Positions 29,170 to 38,478 of a stretch of DNA of 64,000 bases are shown piece by piece. The notes beneath the pieces were generated by a model. It made no database searches and was not told where the DNA came from. It saw only the letters and a list, made by a program, of their open reading frames with translations. How positions within the stretch are numbered: position 1 is the first letter of the stretch; every line of letters starts with the position of its first letter. The position numbers were made by a program, and so were the translations under genes. The stretch covers positions 15,758-79,757 of the forward strand of contig CACWVU010000004.1 in the NCBI GenBank assembly GCA_902764415.1, in the 5' to 3' direction. The stretch comes from an uncultured bacterium (GTDB taxonomy: Bacteria; Verrucomicrobiota; Kiritimatiellia; RFP12; UBA1067).

Positions 29170-29393
29170 TATTGGCCGCACTGTGTCAAATCGGTATCTT
29201 AATACCAAATACAATGGTAGTAAAATCCTTTGCTTGCCCGTCTCAAACATACTCAATATGATATGGATTAGGTGGCCCATCAGTAACACGCGAAAGTCGG
29301 TCCAAGACCCGTGCCCTTCCGTGGAAAGGGCATGCCTAAGCCTCTATACAATACTGCCGCGAGACGGCAAAATATCACGCAAAAAATGGCGGA

Positions 29394-30725
29394 TTAGTTC
29401 TTCATGCCGATGGCGTAGAATGGCAGTGTGGTGAGTTCGCAGCGACCATTGTCGCCTGCGCGCACGGTCTGCCTGCTGAAACGTCCGGCGTCAAACCTGA
29501 TGGCCTGGTCAAGGTGTTTGTCGGCCGTCATCTGCCACAGCGACCTGAGCGAGCCCGCCGCACCGGCCTTGACCTCTATCGGCATGACGACGGAACCGTC
29601 CTCGACAACATAGTCGACCTCGGCATTGCTCTTCGCGCATTCGCGCAGCCAATAGTTCAGGCGCGGCTCTTCAAAATCGCCGCGCCGGAAAAACAGGTGC
29701 TGACCGACAAACTGCTCGGCTATGCTGCCCTCGTTGACCAGCGCAATGTCGTCCATGTCCGACAAACGCGTCCAGGTCAAGCCGTTCGCATAGTTCATCA
29801 GCCCGACATCGATGAACAGCAGCTTCCTCACCGACGGCCGCTCCTCGGCGCCGAGCGGAATACCGTTCGAGTCCGAATGCACCACCGGGCAGGCGATTCT
29901 GGCCTTTATGAACAGGTCGATTACCGACGCCACCTTGGCAGCCTTGCTTTCACGCGAATAGTTGACGAACTTGACCTTCTCTCCGACGCGGGCCGGTATG
30001 GCGCGGAACACGCTCTGCATAAGAGCAAGGTCGGCTCCGTAGGCATATTTTGCGAAATCATCTATGTATGTGTTCACTATCCTGCGGTGCACCGCCGAGA
30101 CCTCCGCGAAGTTCTGCGTGTCAAGCCACGTCTGAGTAGCCTCGGGCATGCCCCCGACAAGCATATAGCGGCGCACAAGATCCATCAGCTTCTCGTGGAC
30201 TGCATCCGAGACGCCGGCGACTACATTCTCCATTGAGATGGATTTGAACAGATATTCATCTGCGGCGGCGACAAACTCGCCGAAGGTAATCGGCCCCAGG
30301 AACATATACTCCACCCTTCCAACGGGCATAGAGAAGTTGTGCCGGGCAAGGGCGAACTCAAGAAGAGATCCTGCCGCAACGATTGGCAGGTTGGGCATTT
30401 CCTCGTAGAAATACCTCAAGGCGTCAATCGCCTCCGGAATCGCCTGAATCTCGTCAAGGAACAAGATGCCCCCGGGTGCCGTCACATCCGATGAAATCCT
30501 GTCGGATATTTCCTGGCAAATCCGCTTGGGATCAAGCGATCGAAATGCCGGTATCAAATCAAGATTCCGGTAGAGATTAATTTCACGAAGCGCGAGACCC
30601 TCGGCCAAGGCGAAATCACGTACAAGCGTTGACTTTCCAACTTGCCGAGCTCCTCGAATAACAAGAGGATGGCGATTGTGGCCTGAAAACCACTTCTTCA
30701 TGCTATTTATCGCATCTCTTTTCAT
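29394..30725 (-). CDS. AAA-family ATPase with a DUF4143 domain (paralogue of 9140-10369)
   Basis: Walker A GARQVGKSTL. At the right edge of the AT-richer island. Confidence 0.75.
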   Translation of the reverse strand: MKRDAINSMKKWFSGHNRHPLVIRGARQVGKSTLVRDFALAEGLALREINLYRNLDLIPAFRSLDPKRICQEISDRISSDVTAPGGILFLDEIQAIPEAIDALRYFYEEMPNLPIVAAGSLLEFALARHNFSMPVGRVEYMFLGPITFGEFVAAADEYLFKSISMENVVAGVSDAVHEKLMDLVRRYMLVGGMPEATQTWLDTQNFAEVSAVHRRIVNTYIDDFAKYAYGADLALMQSVFRAIPARVGEKVKFVNYSRESKAAKVASVIDLFIKARIACPVVHSDSNGIPLGAEERPSVRKLLFIDVGLMNYANGLTWTRLSDMDDIALVNEGSIAEQFVGQHLFFRRGDFEEPRLNYWLRECAKSNAEVDYVVEDGSVVMPIEVKAGAAGSLRSLWQMTADKHLDQAIRFDAGRFSRQTVRAGDNGRCELTTLPFYAIGMKN

Positions 30726-30900
30726 ATTTATCCCCTGTTTATATATTCATCATGGACAAAATAACCCCGTATTTTGTCTAGTGAGCTGACATTTTGTCGG
30801 GTATTTTATCATAATACCCAAACAAATGCAACCGCCATTTGATTGTTTAGCGGAGTTTCGTTCGGTAGTTTGACGCGATTCCGTTCGGCGGTTCGGCGGA

Positions 30901-31734
30901 TCAGTTCTTCATGTGGACGTCGACCTGCGGGAAGGGCTGGGAGATGCCGCCGGCGACGAAGGCGTTGTTGACCGCCTCCACCGCGCCGTTGTAGACCGCC
31001 CAGTAGTCGTCGCTGCGGCACCACGCGCGCGCGCCGATCTTGATCGAGCTGTCGTCCAGCGCCGAGACCATCGACACCGGCGCGGGATCGGCGAGCGCCC
31101 CCGGGACCTTGGAGACGGTTTCCAGCACCAGCGCGCGCGCCGCGGCGAGGTCGGTGCCGTAGGCGACGCTGAAGAGGAGATCGACACGCCGCATCCCGAG
31201 CGCGGTGTAGTTGACGATCGGCGAGCCCCAGGCCGACTTGTTCGGGATGGTGACGCGGCGGTTGTCGACGGTAGCGAGCGTGACCGCCATCATGTCCAGC
31301 GCCTTCACCGTGCCCTCGAAGCCGGCGACGGTCACGAAGTCACCGACCTTGAACGGCTTGTTGAGCGCGAGCATGATGCCCGCGGCGAGCGAGCCGAGCG
31401 ACTCCTGGAAGGCGAATCCGATGATGAGGCCGGTGGCGCCGAGACCGGCGACGAGCGGCCCCACCTCGACTCCGAGACGGCCGAGCACCACCACGAAGAG
31501 GAACGCCCAGCAGGTCTTCACCGCCACCGAGACGACGAACTTGACCAGCATCTCGTTCTCGCCCTTCACCCGCTGCTCCAGCGTCCGCCGGATAAACGCC
31601 GAAATGCACTTGATGACGAACGCGCCGACCAGCAGGATCAATGCCGCGCTCAGAATCCTCGCACCCAGCACCAGTCCCTGGGTCTGGAGCCACTCCACCA
31701 CCGGACGAACCGCGTCCGCCGCCTGTTCCTTCAT
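30901..31734 (-). CDS. mscS: mechanosensitive channel, MscS family
   Basis: TM helices plus ..GLIIGFAFQESLGSLAAGIMLALNKPFKVGDFV... MscS signature. RBS AAGGAAGG. Confidence 0.85.
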   Translation of the reverse strand: MKEQAADAVRPVVEWLQTQGLVLGARILSAALILLVGAFVIKCISAFIRRTLEQRVKGENEMLVKFVVSVAVKTCWAFLFVVVLGRLGVEVGPLVAGLGATGLIIGFAFQESLGSLAAGIMLALNKPFKVGDFVTVAGFEGTVKALDMMAVTLATVDNRRVTIPNKSAWGSPIVNYTALGMRRVDLLFSVAYGTDLAAARALVLETVSKVPGALADPAPVSMVSALDDSSIKIGARAWCRSDDYWAVYNGAVEAVNNAFVAGGISQPFPQVDVHMKN

Positions 31735-31781
31735 TTCTGCCTTCCTTTCGTTTTAGTTCTTCAGGAATTTTATTTACGCGT

Positions 31782-31790
31782 ATTATACCA
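31782..31790 (-). promoter_or_regulatory. extended -10 TGGTATAATACGCG upstream of mscS
   Basis: About 45-nt leader to the mscS ATG. Heptamers CACGAAT/CACGAAC lie immediately upstream. Confidence 0.5.
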
Positions 31791-31818
31791 TATCTGCGGT
31801 TCGTGATTCGTGATTATA

Positions 31819-32052
31819 AACTCCGATCCGTAGGGCTCTCGCTACCGCTCCGCAGAATGGTCGATGCTTCGCATTTGACATTCGTCTTACACGGCCATAC
31901 TGACCTTATTTTATATCTGCGGCTTCGCCGCAGGGGGCTCATGGGGTCTGGGGCGGAGCCCCAATTAAAAAACAAAGTCATGATATCATCAGTATTGGGG
32001 TTGGCAGATGCGAAGCTGCGGAGCGGTAGCGGGAGCCCCAACCATCGGAGTT
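31819..32052. repeat. structured repeat element with about 45-bp terminal inverted repeats, copy A (MITE-like or structured RNA)
   Basis: Ends AACTCCGATCCGTAGGGCTCTCGCTACCGCTCCGCAG ... CTGCGGAGCGGTAGCGGGAGCCCCAACCATCGGAGTT. Core TTTTATATCTGCGGCTTCGCCGCAGGGGG. Hairpin TGGGGCGGAGCCCCA. Second copy at 51958-52227. Confidence 0.75.
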
Positions 32053-32062
32053 CCAACTATCC

Positions 32063-33460
32063 CTACGCGATGACGCGGTCGTTGCGGCCGGGGATGCCGA
32101 GCTTGTCGCGGTACTTCGCGACCGTCCGCCGCGCCACCGGATAGCCCGCGGCCTTGAGCTCGGCGACGATCTTCTCGTCCGACAGCGGGTTGGACTTGTC
32201 CTCGCCGTCCACGATCTCCCTGAGCTTGCCCAGCACCGCCTCCTGCGAGACGGTCTCGCCGGCGGCGGTCTTCACTCCGGTCGAGAAGAACCGCCGCAGC
32301 TCGATGGTGCCGAACGGCGTCTCGGCGTACTTGTCGCGCACCGTGCGCGAGACGGTGGTGCCGTGCACCCCGACCGCCGCGGCGACCTCGAGCTCGGTGA
32401 GCGGCTTCAGCGCGCCGAAGCCGCGCTCGAAGAAGTCCTGCTGGCGGTCGAACACCGCCTGCGCGATATCCCTCACCGTCTGGCGCCGCTTCTCGATCGC
32501 CTCGCGGAACGCACGCGCGGCCGCGATGCGCTCGCGCACGTACGCCTTGGTCTCGGCGGTCTGGCTCTTGTCCTTCAGCAGGTCCTCGAACGACTTCGAG
32601 AAGCGGATCTCCGGGAGCGACCGCTCGTCGGTCTCGGCGATCCAGCGGCCGTCGAGCTTGCGCGCATGGATCTCCGGGTTGACGAACTCGACGCGCTCGC
32701 GCTCGCTGGGGAACTGGCGCCCGGGACGGCCGTCGAGCGAACGGAGCGCGACCATGGCGGCGGCGAAGCGCTCCTTGGAAAAGCCGTGCGCCTTGCAGAT
32801 CGCGTCGGTCCGCCCGGCCTCGATGTCGGCGAGGTGGCCGGAGACGATTTTGCGGACGTCCTCGCGGACGGCAGGGTCGGCGATCGACTCGAGCTGGGAG
32901 AGGAGGCACTCCTCCACCGTGCGCGAGCCGCAGCCGGGCGGGTCGAGGTCGCGGATCTTCGCAAGCACGGCAATGACCTCGTCCTCGCTCTTGCCGAACG
33001 CCATCGCCACGTCGGCAAGCGAGCCTTTGTAGTACCCCTTCTCGTCCAGGTCGCCGATCAGCACCTCGGCCATCGGGAAGTCGGCTGCGTCGATGTCGGA
33101 AAGCGGCAGCTGCTCGACGAGGTGGCCCTGCAGCGTCTCCTCCTTGACCAGGTTGTCGAAGAACGCCTGGCGGCGCTCGGCCGCCTCCTCGTCGTGCCCG
33201 ACGGTGGGCTCGTAGCCGTCCTCGGGGAAGTCCGGCTCGTCCTGCTCCCGCTCGCGGTCGAGCTTGGCCTCCACCTCGGAAAGCGGCGTCTCGAGCGGAT
33301 GATCCATGTCCTCGATCGCCGGGTTGGCGCTCATTTCCGCGGCGATTTCGGCGCGCAGCTCCGGAAGCGACATCGCCAGCAGCTTCAGCCCCTGCATCTG
33401 GCGGCCGGAGATCGCGAGCTTCTGCTGCTGCGCGGCGGTTATGGACATCGACTGGTTCAT
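32063..33460 (-). CDS. rpoN: RNA polymerase sigma-54 factor
   Basis: RpoN box ARRTVAKYRDKLGIP. Start moved to MNQSMSIT (33458-33460), ATGA overlap with the upstream gene. The ORF-track extension is GC artefact. Confidence 0.9.
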   Translation of the reverse strand: MNQSMSITAAQQQKLAISGRQMQGLKLLAMSLPELRAEIAAEMSANPAIEDMDHPLETPLSEVEAKLDREREQDEPDFPEDGYEPTVGHDEEAAERRQAFFDNLVKEETLQGHLVEQLPLSDIDAADFPMAEVLIGDLDEKGYYKGSLADVAMAFGKSEDEVIAVLAKIRDLDPPGCGSRTVEECLLSQLESIADPAVREDVRKIVSGHLADIEAGRTDAICKAHGFSKERFAAAMVALRSLDGRPGRQFPSERERVEFVNPEIHARKLDGRWIAETDERSLPEIRFSKSFEDLLKDKSQTAETKAYVRERIAAARAFREAIEKRRQTVRDIAQAVFDRQQDFFERGFGALKPLTELEVAAAVGVHGTTVSRTVRDKYAETPFGTIELRRFFSTGVKTAAGETVSQEAVLGKLREIVDGEDKSNPLSDEKIVAELKAAGYPVARRTVAKYRDKLGIPGRNDRVIA

Positions 33461-34359
33461 CTCTCGGGCGGCTCCAGGATCCAGCGCTTGTTGTACCAGT
33501 ACCAGTCGCCGGGGCGCTTGCGCACCTCGCGGTCGATGAGCGACATCGCCTCGCGCGTGATCCGCTCCGCCTCGGCGCGCGGGTCGGCGGCGGAGGGGTC
33601 GGGGCGAAGGGTGGCGATGTGGTTGAAGACGTGGCGCCCGCCGTCGCGGACCATCTGCGCCACCACCACCGGCGAACCGCAGCGGACGGCGAACATCGCG
33701 CCGGCGCGGCTGACGTTGGCCTTGCCGCCGAAGAAGTCCGCCTCGACGTCGCGCTTGCGCACCCTGAGGTCGGGCAGGATCGCGAACACGCGCCCCGCCT
33801 CGAGCCCGGCGCGGATCTTCGCGAGCGTGTCGCGGCAGTCGCGGTCCAGCACCTCCACCGCGCCGTACTGGCGGTTCATCCACGCGTCGATCTTCGGGTT
33901 GCGCTGGCGCGCGGCGATGGCGAAGAGCCTGAGCCCGTAGACCGCCATCGACCACGCCGCCATGTACCAGTTGCCGGAGTGGGGCACCATCACCACCACG
34001 CCGTGCCCTTCGTCGGCGTAGGCCTGGAGGCGCTCCTTGTACTTGAGCCCGTCCAGCACGTGGCGGTCCATCCACCTGCGGCCGAGCTTCGGCGCGCGCA
34101 TCATCTCGACCGCGTTGAGGAGCATGTTCTGGAGGGAGCGGACGGCGACGCGGCGCACCTCGCGCGCGGACATCTCCGGAAACACCGAGCGGATGCGCCC
34201 TTCGGTACGGCGGCGCTTGAAGGCGAAGACGCGAACAAGCATCCAGCCGACGGCGCGGGCGAGCGCCGCGGCGCAGCAGTAGGGAAGCGCGTTCACGAGC
34301 CCGCACGCGAGGCGCAGCCCGGCGTACTCGGCGTTTACCGCAGCTCTTCCCTTGGCCAT
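33457..34359 (-). CDS. lipid A biosynthesis lauroyl/myristoyl acyltransferase family (LpxL/HtrB-like)
   Basis: N-terminal TM segment, HSGNW motif, PF03279-like. Confidence 0.7.
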   Translation of the reverse strand: MAKGRAAVNAEYAGLRLACGLVNALPYCCAAALARAVGWMLVRVFAFKRRRTEGRIRSVFPEMSAREVRRVAVRSLQNMLLNAVEMMRAPKLGRRWMDRHVLDGLKYKERLQAYADEGHGVVVMVPHSGNWYMAAWSMAVYGLRLFAIAARQRNPKIDAWMNRQYGAVEVLDRDCRDTLAKIRAGLEAGRVFAILPDLRVRKRDVEADFFGGKANVSRAGAMFAVRCGSPVVVAQMVRDGGRHVFNHIATLRPDPSAADPRAEAERITREAMSLIDREVRKRPGDWYWYNKRWILEPPER

Positions 34360-34364
34360 CGCGC

Positions 34365-34844
34365 CTACTGCGCCTCGGCGAGGTTGCGCCGGGCGTCCTC
34401 GATCGCGCGGCAGACGGCGCGCGAGGTGATGGTGGCGGCGGTGATCGCTTCGATGTCGCCGCCGTCCTTCTTCACCTTGAGCGAGGTCGCGTCCTTCCCC
34501 GAGAACTGCCCGGCGAACTCTGGCGTCTTCAGCTTCATCCCAAGGCCGGGCGTCTCCGACGCCTGCAGCACCTTGTAGGAGATGACGGTCTTCTTGTCCT
34601 TTTTGAAGCCGACCATCAGCACGATGTCGCCGCCGTAGCCGTCCTTGCAGCGGCCCTCCGCGGTGAAGCCGTCCTCGCCGCAGAGGACGGCCGCCTTCGC
34701 CGCCTCGCGGGCCTTCGCGGCCGTGGCCTTGATCGGCTCGGCGGTGATGCCGTTCACGTACGCAAGCACCGCGGCGCAGACGCCGCTGATGAGCGTGAGG
34801 CTGACGACGAGACTAAGTATCTTCTTCATATCACTTCGCTCCAA
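34365..34844 (-). CDS. rnfG: Rnf electron-transport complex subunit G (FMN-binding)
   Basis: TM anchor and the TGATITS FMN_bind motif. Confidence 0.8.
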   Translation of the reverse strand: MERSDMKKILSLVVSLTLISGVCAAVLAYVNGITAEPIKATAAKAREAAKAAVLCGEDGFTAEGRCKDGYGGDIVLMVGFKKDKKTVISYKVLQASETPGLGMKLKTPEFAGQFSGKDATSLKVKKDGGDIEAITAATITSRAVCRAIEDARRNLAEAQ

Positions 34845-35832
34845 AAGGCTTGGGCTGGGTCCAGCGGTTGATGAGGGGGCAGACCGCGTTCATGATCAGG
34901 ATCGCGAACGAGCAGCCCTCGGGATAGGAGCCGAACTGGCGGATGAGCATGCAGACGAGTCCGCAGCCGCAGCCGAAGATCAGCTTGCCCTTCGCGGTGA
35001 TCGGGCTCGTGACGTAGTCCGTCGCCATGAAGCACGCGCCGATCATCACGCCGCCGGTGAGGACCTGCATCGTCGCCGGCGCACCGCCCGCGATCAGCGA
35101 ATAGACGAACACCGTCGCGATGAAGGCGACCGGGATGTGCCAGGTGATGACCTTGCGGAAGAGGAGGTACGCCGCGCCGACCGCGATTGCAATCGCCGAC
35201 ACCTCGCCGATGCAGCCGGGGATGTTGCCGATCGCCATGTCCCAGAGGCCGGGCACGCCCTTGCAGGCGGCGTTGCAGAGCCCGTGCGGCGTCGCCGACG
35301 ACATCGCCTCGGCGCCGAACCAGGTCTTCATCACGGCGAGCGGCGTCGCGGTCGTCATCGCCTCGGGCGTCTTCCACCAGAACGGCTTGAGCCAGGTGGT
35401 CATCGGTCCGGTGAAGCTGATGAGCATGAACGCGCGCGCGGCGAGCGCGGGGTTGAAAGGGTTCATGCCTAGTCCGCCGAACACCTGCTTGGCGACGCCG
35501 ATCGCGAACACCGAGCCGACGACCGCCATCCAGAGCGGCAGCCCCGCCGGCAGGTTGAGCGCGAGGAGGAGTCCAGTCACGACGGCCGAGAGGTCGCCGA
35601 TGGTGTTCTCGCGCTTCATCGCGAGCCGGCACAGCGCCTCCGTGACGATGCAGGTCGAGACGCAGGTCGCGATCGTCCAGACCGCCGGCATCCCGAAGAA
35701 CCAGATGCCCGCGGCTGTCGTCGGCAGCAGCGCGATGATCACGTCGAGCATGATGCGCGACACGCTCGCACGCCCGTGCGCGTGCGGCGACGAGCTCAGT
35801 ATGTAGTGTTCCGCTGTTTCCTTCGGTTTCAT
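34831..35832 (-). CDS. rnfD: Rnf complex subunit D
   Basis: Polytopic membrane protein, RnfD/NqrB family pattern. Confidence 0.85.
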   Translation of the reverse strand: MKPKETAEHYILSSSPHAHGRASVSRIMLDVIIALLPTTAAGIWFFGMPAVWTIATCVSTCIVTEALCRLAMKRENTIGDLSAVVTGLLLALNLPAGLPLWMAVVGSVFAIGVAKQVFGGLGMNPFNPALAARAFMLISFTGPMTTWLKPFWWKTPEAMTTATPLAVMKTWFGAEAMSSATPHGLCNAACKGVPGLWDMAIGNIPGCIGEVSAIAIAVGAAYLLFRKVITWHIPVAFIATVFVYSLIAGGAPATMQVLTGGVMIGACFMATDYVTSPITAKGKLIFGCGCGLVCMLIRQFGSYPEGCSFAILIMNAVCPLINRWTQPKPFGAK

Positions 35833-37223
35833 TTAGCCTCCTTTGCGGCCGCGGCGGCGGCCTTGGCCTTCTCTGCGGCGACGCGCGCGCGGATGGACGC
35901 CTTGGCGCGGCGGCAGCTCTGGGTGATGGTGCGGTAGGCCGGGCAGCCGAAGCTGCACGCGCCGCATTCGATGCAGTCCATCACGTGCGCGTCCTCCGCC
36001 GCCTTGACGTCGTTGGCGTCCACGACCCGCGAGATGAGCGCGGGGTTGAGGTTCATCGGGCAGGCGCGGACGCACCGACCGCAGCCGATGCACGCGCCCG
36101 ACGCGTACTGGAAGACGCGCTTCTTCGAGAGGAGCAGCAGCCCCGAGGTCGTCTTGGTGGTGCCGATCTCCAGCGTCGAGACGGCGAAGCCCATCATCGT
36201 GCCGCCGGAGATCACCTTGGCCGGCGGCTCCTTCTCGCCGCCGCAGAACGCGACCAGGTCGGAGTACTTGGTGCCGCTCGGCGCCAGCACGTTCTTCGGC
36301 TCCGCCACGGCGTCGCCCGAGACCGTCGTCACGCGCTCGAGGAGCGGCTCGCCCTTCTCCACCGCGTCGGCTATCGCCGCGACGGTGCCGACGTTCTCGA
36401 CCACGCAGCCGACGTCGATCGGCAGCGCCGGCGGCTCTGGGACTACGCGCCCGACCGTCGCGTAGATCTGGTGCTTTTCGCTTCCCTGTGGATAGAGGAC
36501 GGGGAGAACCACGATCTCGACGTTGCCCTCGATGTCCGCAAACGCCTTCTCCATCGCCGCGATCGCCTCCGGCTTGTTCGCCTCGATGGCAATCCTCACC
36601 GCCGGGCCGCCGAGGATCTTGCGCATGATCTCCACGCCGACGCAGATGCGGTCGGCGCGCTCAAGCATGACGCGGAAGTCCGCGGTCAGGTACGGCTCGC
36701 ACTCCGCGCCGTTCAGGACCAGGTACTCGCAGCGCTTGTTCGGCGGCGGATTGAGCTTGACGGCGGTCGGGAAGCCGGCGCCGCCCATGCCGCAGATGCC
36801 AGCCTCCTCGACGCGCTTCAGCAATTCCTCCCTCGAGGCCGTCTTCCAGTCGAGCGGCGCAAGAACGGGCGAAACGCCCGGAACCGCGCCCTCCGGCGCC
36901 TCTGCCGTCGTGTCCAGAATCACCGCGTCGGCCTTGGCGCCGGTCGGTCCCGGACGCTTCTCCACCGCCTTGACGAGGCCGTCCGCCGGCGCACGCACGA
37001 GGACGGAGATGAAGCCGTTCTTCTCGCCGATGAGCTGGCCGCGCGTCACGAAGTCCCCGGCCTTGACGATGCACTTCGCCGGCGCGCCGAGGTGCTGGCT
37101 CATCGAGACGACCAGCTCCGCCGGCACCGGCATCCGCTCGATCGCCTTGCCGCGCGCGAGTTCCTTGTTGTAGTCGGGGTGAACCCCGCCCTTGAACTTA
37201 AACGGACTTTTGACCGTCTTCAT
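35829..37223 (-). CDS. rnfC: Rnf complex subunit C
   Basis: Two 4Fe-4S motifs (CIGCGRCVRACP, CIECGACSFGCP) and GxGGAGFP. RBS AAGGAGAAG. Confidence 0.9.
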   Translation of the reverse strand: MKTVKSPFKFKGGVHPDYNKELARGKAIERMPVPAELVVSMSQHLGAPAKCIVKAGDFVTRGQLIGEKNGFISVLVRAPADGLVKAVEKRPGPTGAKADAVILDTTAEAPEGAVPGVSPVLAPLDWKTASREELLKRVEEAGICGMGGAGFPTAVKLNPPPNKRCEYLVLNGAECEPYLTADFRVMLERADRICVGVEIMRKILGGPAVRIAIEANKPEAIAAMEKAFADIEGNVEIVVLPVLYPQGSEKHQIYATVGRVVPEPPALPIDVGCVVENVGTVAAIADAVEKGEPLLERVTTVSGDAVAEPKNVLAPSGTKYSDLVAFCGGEKEPPAKVISGGTMMGFAVSTLEIGTTKTTSGLLLLSKKRVFQYASGACIGCGRCVRACPMNLNPALISRVVDANDVKAAEDAHVMDCIECGACSFGCPAYRTITQSCRRAKASIRARVAAEKAKAAAAAAKEAK

Positions 37224-38476
37224 CTTGTCTTCTCCTTCCCGAGGCCGATCTTCTTGCAGACGTTGTCATGGATGCGATATCCGTCTGGCAGCGACTGCCC
37301 TTGGCCATTATGCGCATTGCAATAGACGAGCCCGTGGGGCGCCTCCTCGAAGACATTGCCCGAAACGTCAATGTCAACCGAATCGGTCTCCATGGCGTAG
37401 ACGAGGAGCGGCGTCGCCGCCTTCCGGCACGGACGGGCCGTCTCGCCCCAACCGCCGCCAACTCGCAGGGTGCGGTTTCCCGTAAAGGAACAGTTCGCGA
37501 AACCCACGCCCTTCGGAGCCTTCCGGCACCAGACCTCAAACGCCTGGCTGCAGTCCGTCATCGTGCAATCGCGGCACAGGACGTTCCGCCAGCCCTTCTT
37601 CGGATAGCCCTGCATCGTAAAGGCCACGTCGTAGACGCCGCGGAAGGAACAGCGCTCGATGATGACGTTCTCGGCGTCGCCGCCCAGTTCGACGCCGTTG
37701 CCGAAGCGAACGCGGAATCCCCGTTCCTTCTCGTACCCCGGCAGCTCCGATCCGCCGATGTTCTCGAGATCGCAGTCCGCGATGCGGACGTCGCGAACCG
37801 AATGGCCCCAGCCGGCATGCATGCCGTGCGCACCCGTCGCGCGGACCGCGATGTTGCTGATGACGGTGAACGAGCCGAACTGGACGCAGTATACGCGCAG
37901 CGCCACGCGGATGTCCTTCGCCAGCTTCGCCGGATTCTCGTCCGCATGCACGTACAGCCAGCCATCCGTGCCACAGAAATCCCACGGCGAGACGAGATCA
38001 GCGCGGCAATACCGACGCCACGGCTTCAGCGCGCCATCCACCAGCAGGAAGCCTGGATTGCAGTCCATCGAGACGAGGCCATCGTAATTCGAAGGGTTGG
38101 AAAGGTCGATCCGCCAGAAGCAGTGCGACAGATCCTCCCAGGCGGACGGATCGCTCCGCAGGTTCTTCGTCGCGGAAATGACGGGCTTCGGCCCCTCTCC
38201 CCAGCTCGTCACCACAGTCGGACGCCGCGCATCCAGTCCCGCTGCCGGACGCAGCTGTCCGTAGAAGACGTCCCCGCTCTTCAGACACAATGTCGCGCCC
38301 CCCGGCAGCTCCGCGGAGGCCTTCGCCAAGGTGCGCCACGCCGTTGCCGGCGTCCGCCCGTCCGCCGCGTCGTCGCCGGCGTTCGCCAAGTAGCGCGTCT
38401 CGACCGCGACCCCGCGCGCACCTGCGCACGCAAGAGTCGTCGCCAAGGCCAGCGCCACTCGTGTCAAACCACTCAT
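37220..38476 (-). CDS. secreted right-handed parallel beta-helix (pectin-lyase-fold) protein inserted inside the rnf operon
   Basis: Signal peptide MSGLTRVALALATTLACAGA. Repeated N..C/N.I beta-helix rungs. 2-nt gap after the rnfB stop and ATGA overlap with the rnfC start. Confidence 0.65.
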   Translation of the reverse strand: MSGLTRVALALATTLACAGARGVAVETRYLANAGDDAADGRTPATAWRTLAKASAELPGGATLCLKSGDVFYGQLRPAAGLDARRPTVVTSWGEGPKPVISATKNLRSDPSAWEDLSHCFWRIDLSNPSNYDGLVSMDCNPGFLLVDGALKPWRRYCRADLVSPWDFCGTDGWLYVHADENPAKLAKDIRVALRVYCVQFGSFTVISNIAVRATGAHGMHAGWGHSVRDVRIADCDLENIGGSELPGYEKERGFRVRFGNGVELGGDAENVIIERCSFRGVYDVAFTMQGYPKKGWRNVLCRDCTMTDCSQAFEVWCRKAPKGVGFANCSFTGNRTLRVGGGWGETARPCRKAATPLLVYAMETDSVDIDVSGNVFEEAPHGLVYCNAHNGQGQSLPDGYRIHDNVCKKIGLGKEKTR

Positions 38477-38478
38477 TC

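Noticed and set aside
29187-29189. TTG start of the MTase-TRD gene as given in the ORF track
   Set aside because: It would place the start upstream of the operon's own -10 element. The in-frame ATG at 29142-29144 downstream of the promoter is preferred.
29190-29393. Possible small RNA or hairpins (GCCCTTCCGTGGAAAGGGC, TGCCGCGAGACGGCA) in the intergenic region between the island operon and the second DUF4143 ATPase gene
   Set aside because: Short isolated hairpins without a T-run or conservation evidence. The region is better explained as promoter and 5' flanking DNA.
30726-30900. Search for a third copy of the 61-bp att-like repeat at the right island boundary
   Set aside because: No match by eye. 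The right boundary is defined only by the GC shift and the second ATPase paralogue, so the extent of the island remains inference.
32063-34306. 747-aa extended form of rpoN, and similar long N-terminal extensions of the GH27 alpha-galactosidase (53327-56242), the trpB-like gene, the UDPGP gene, citrate synthase and pheS
   Set aside because: Extensions are Arg/Pro/Ala-rich junk overlapping upstream genes. Internal ATGs with SD or promoter motifs give the canonical protein N-termini.
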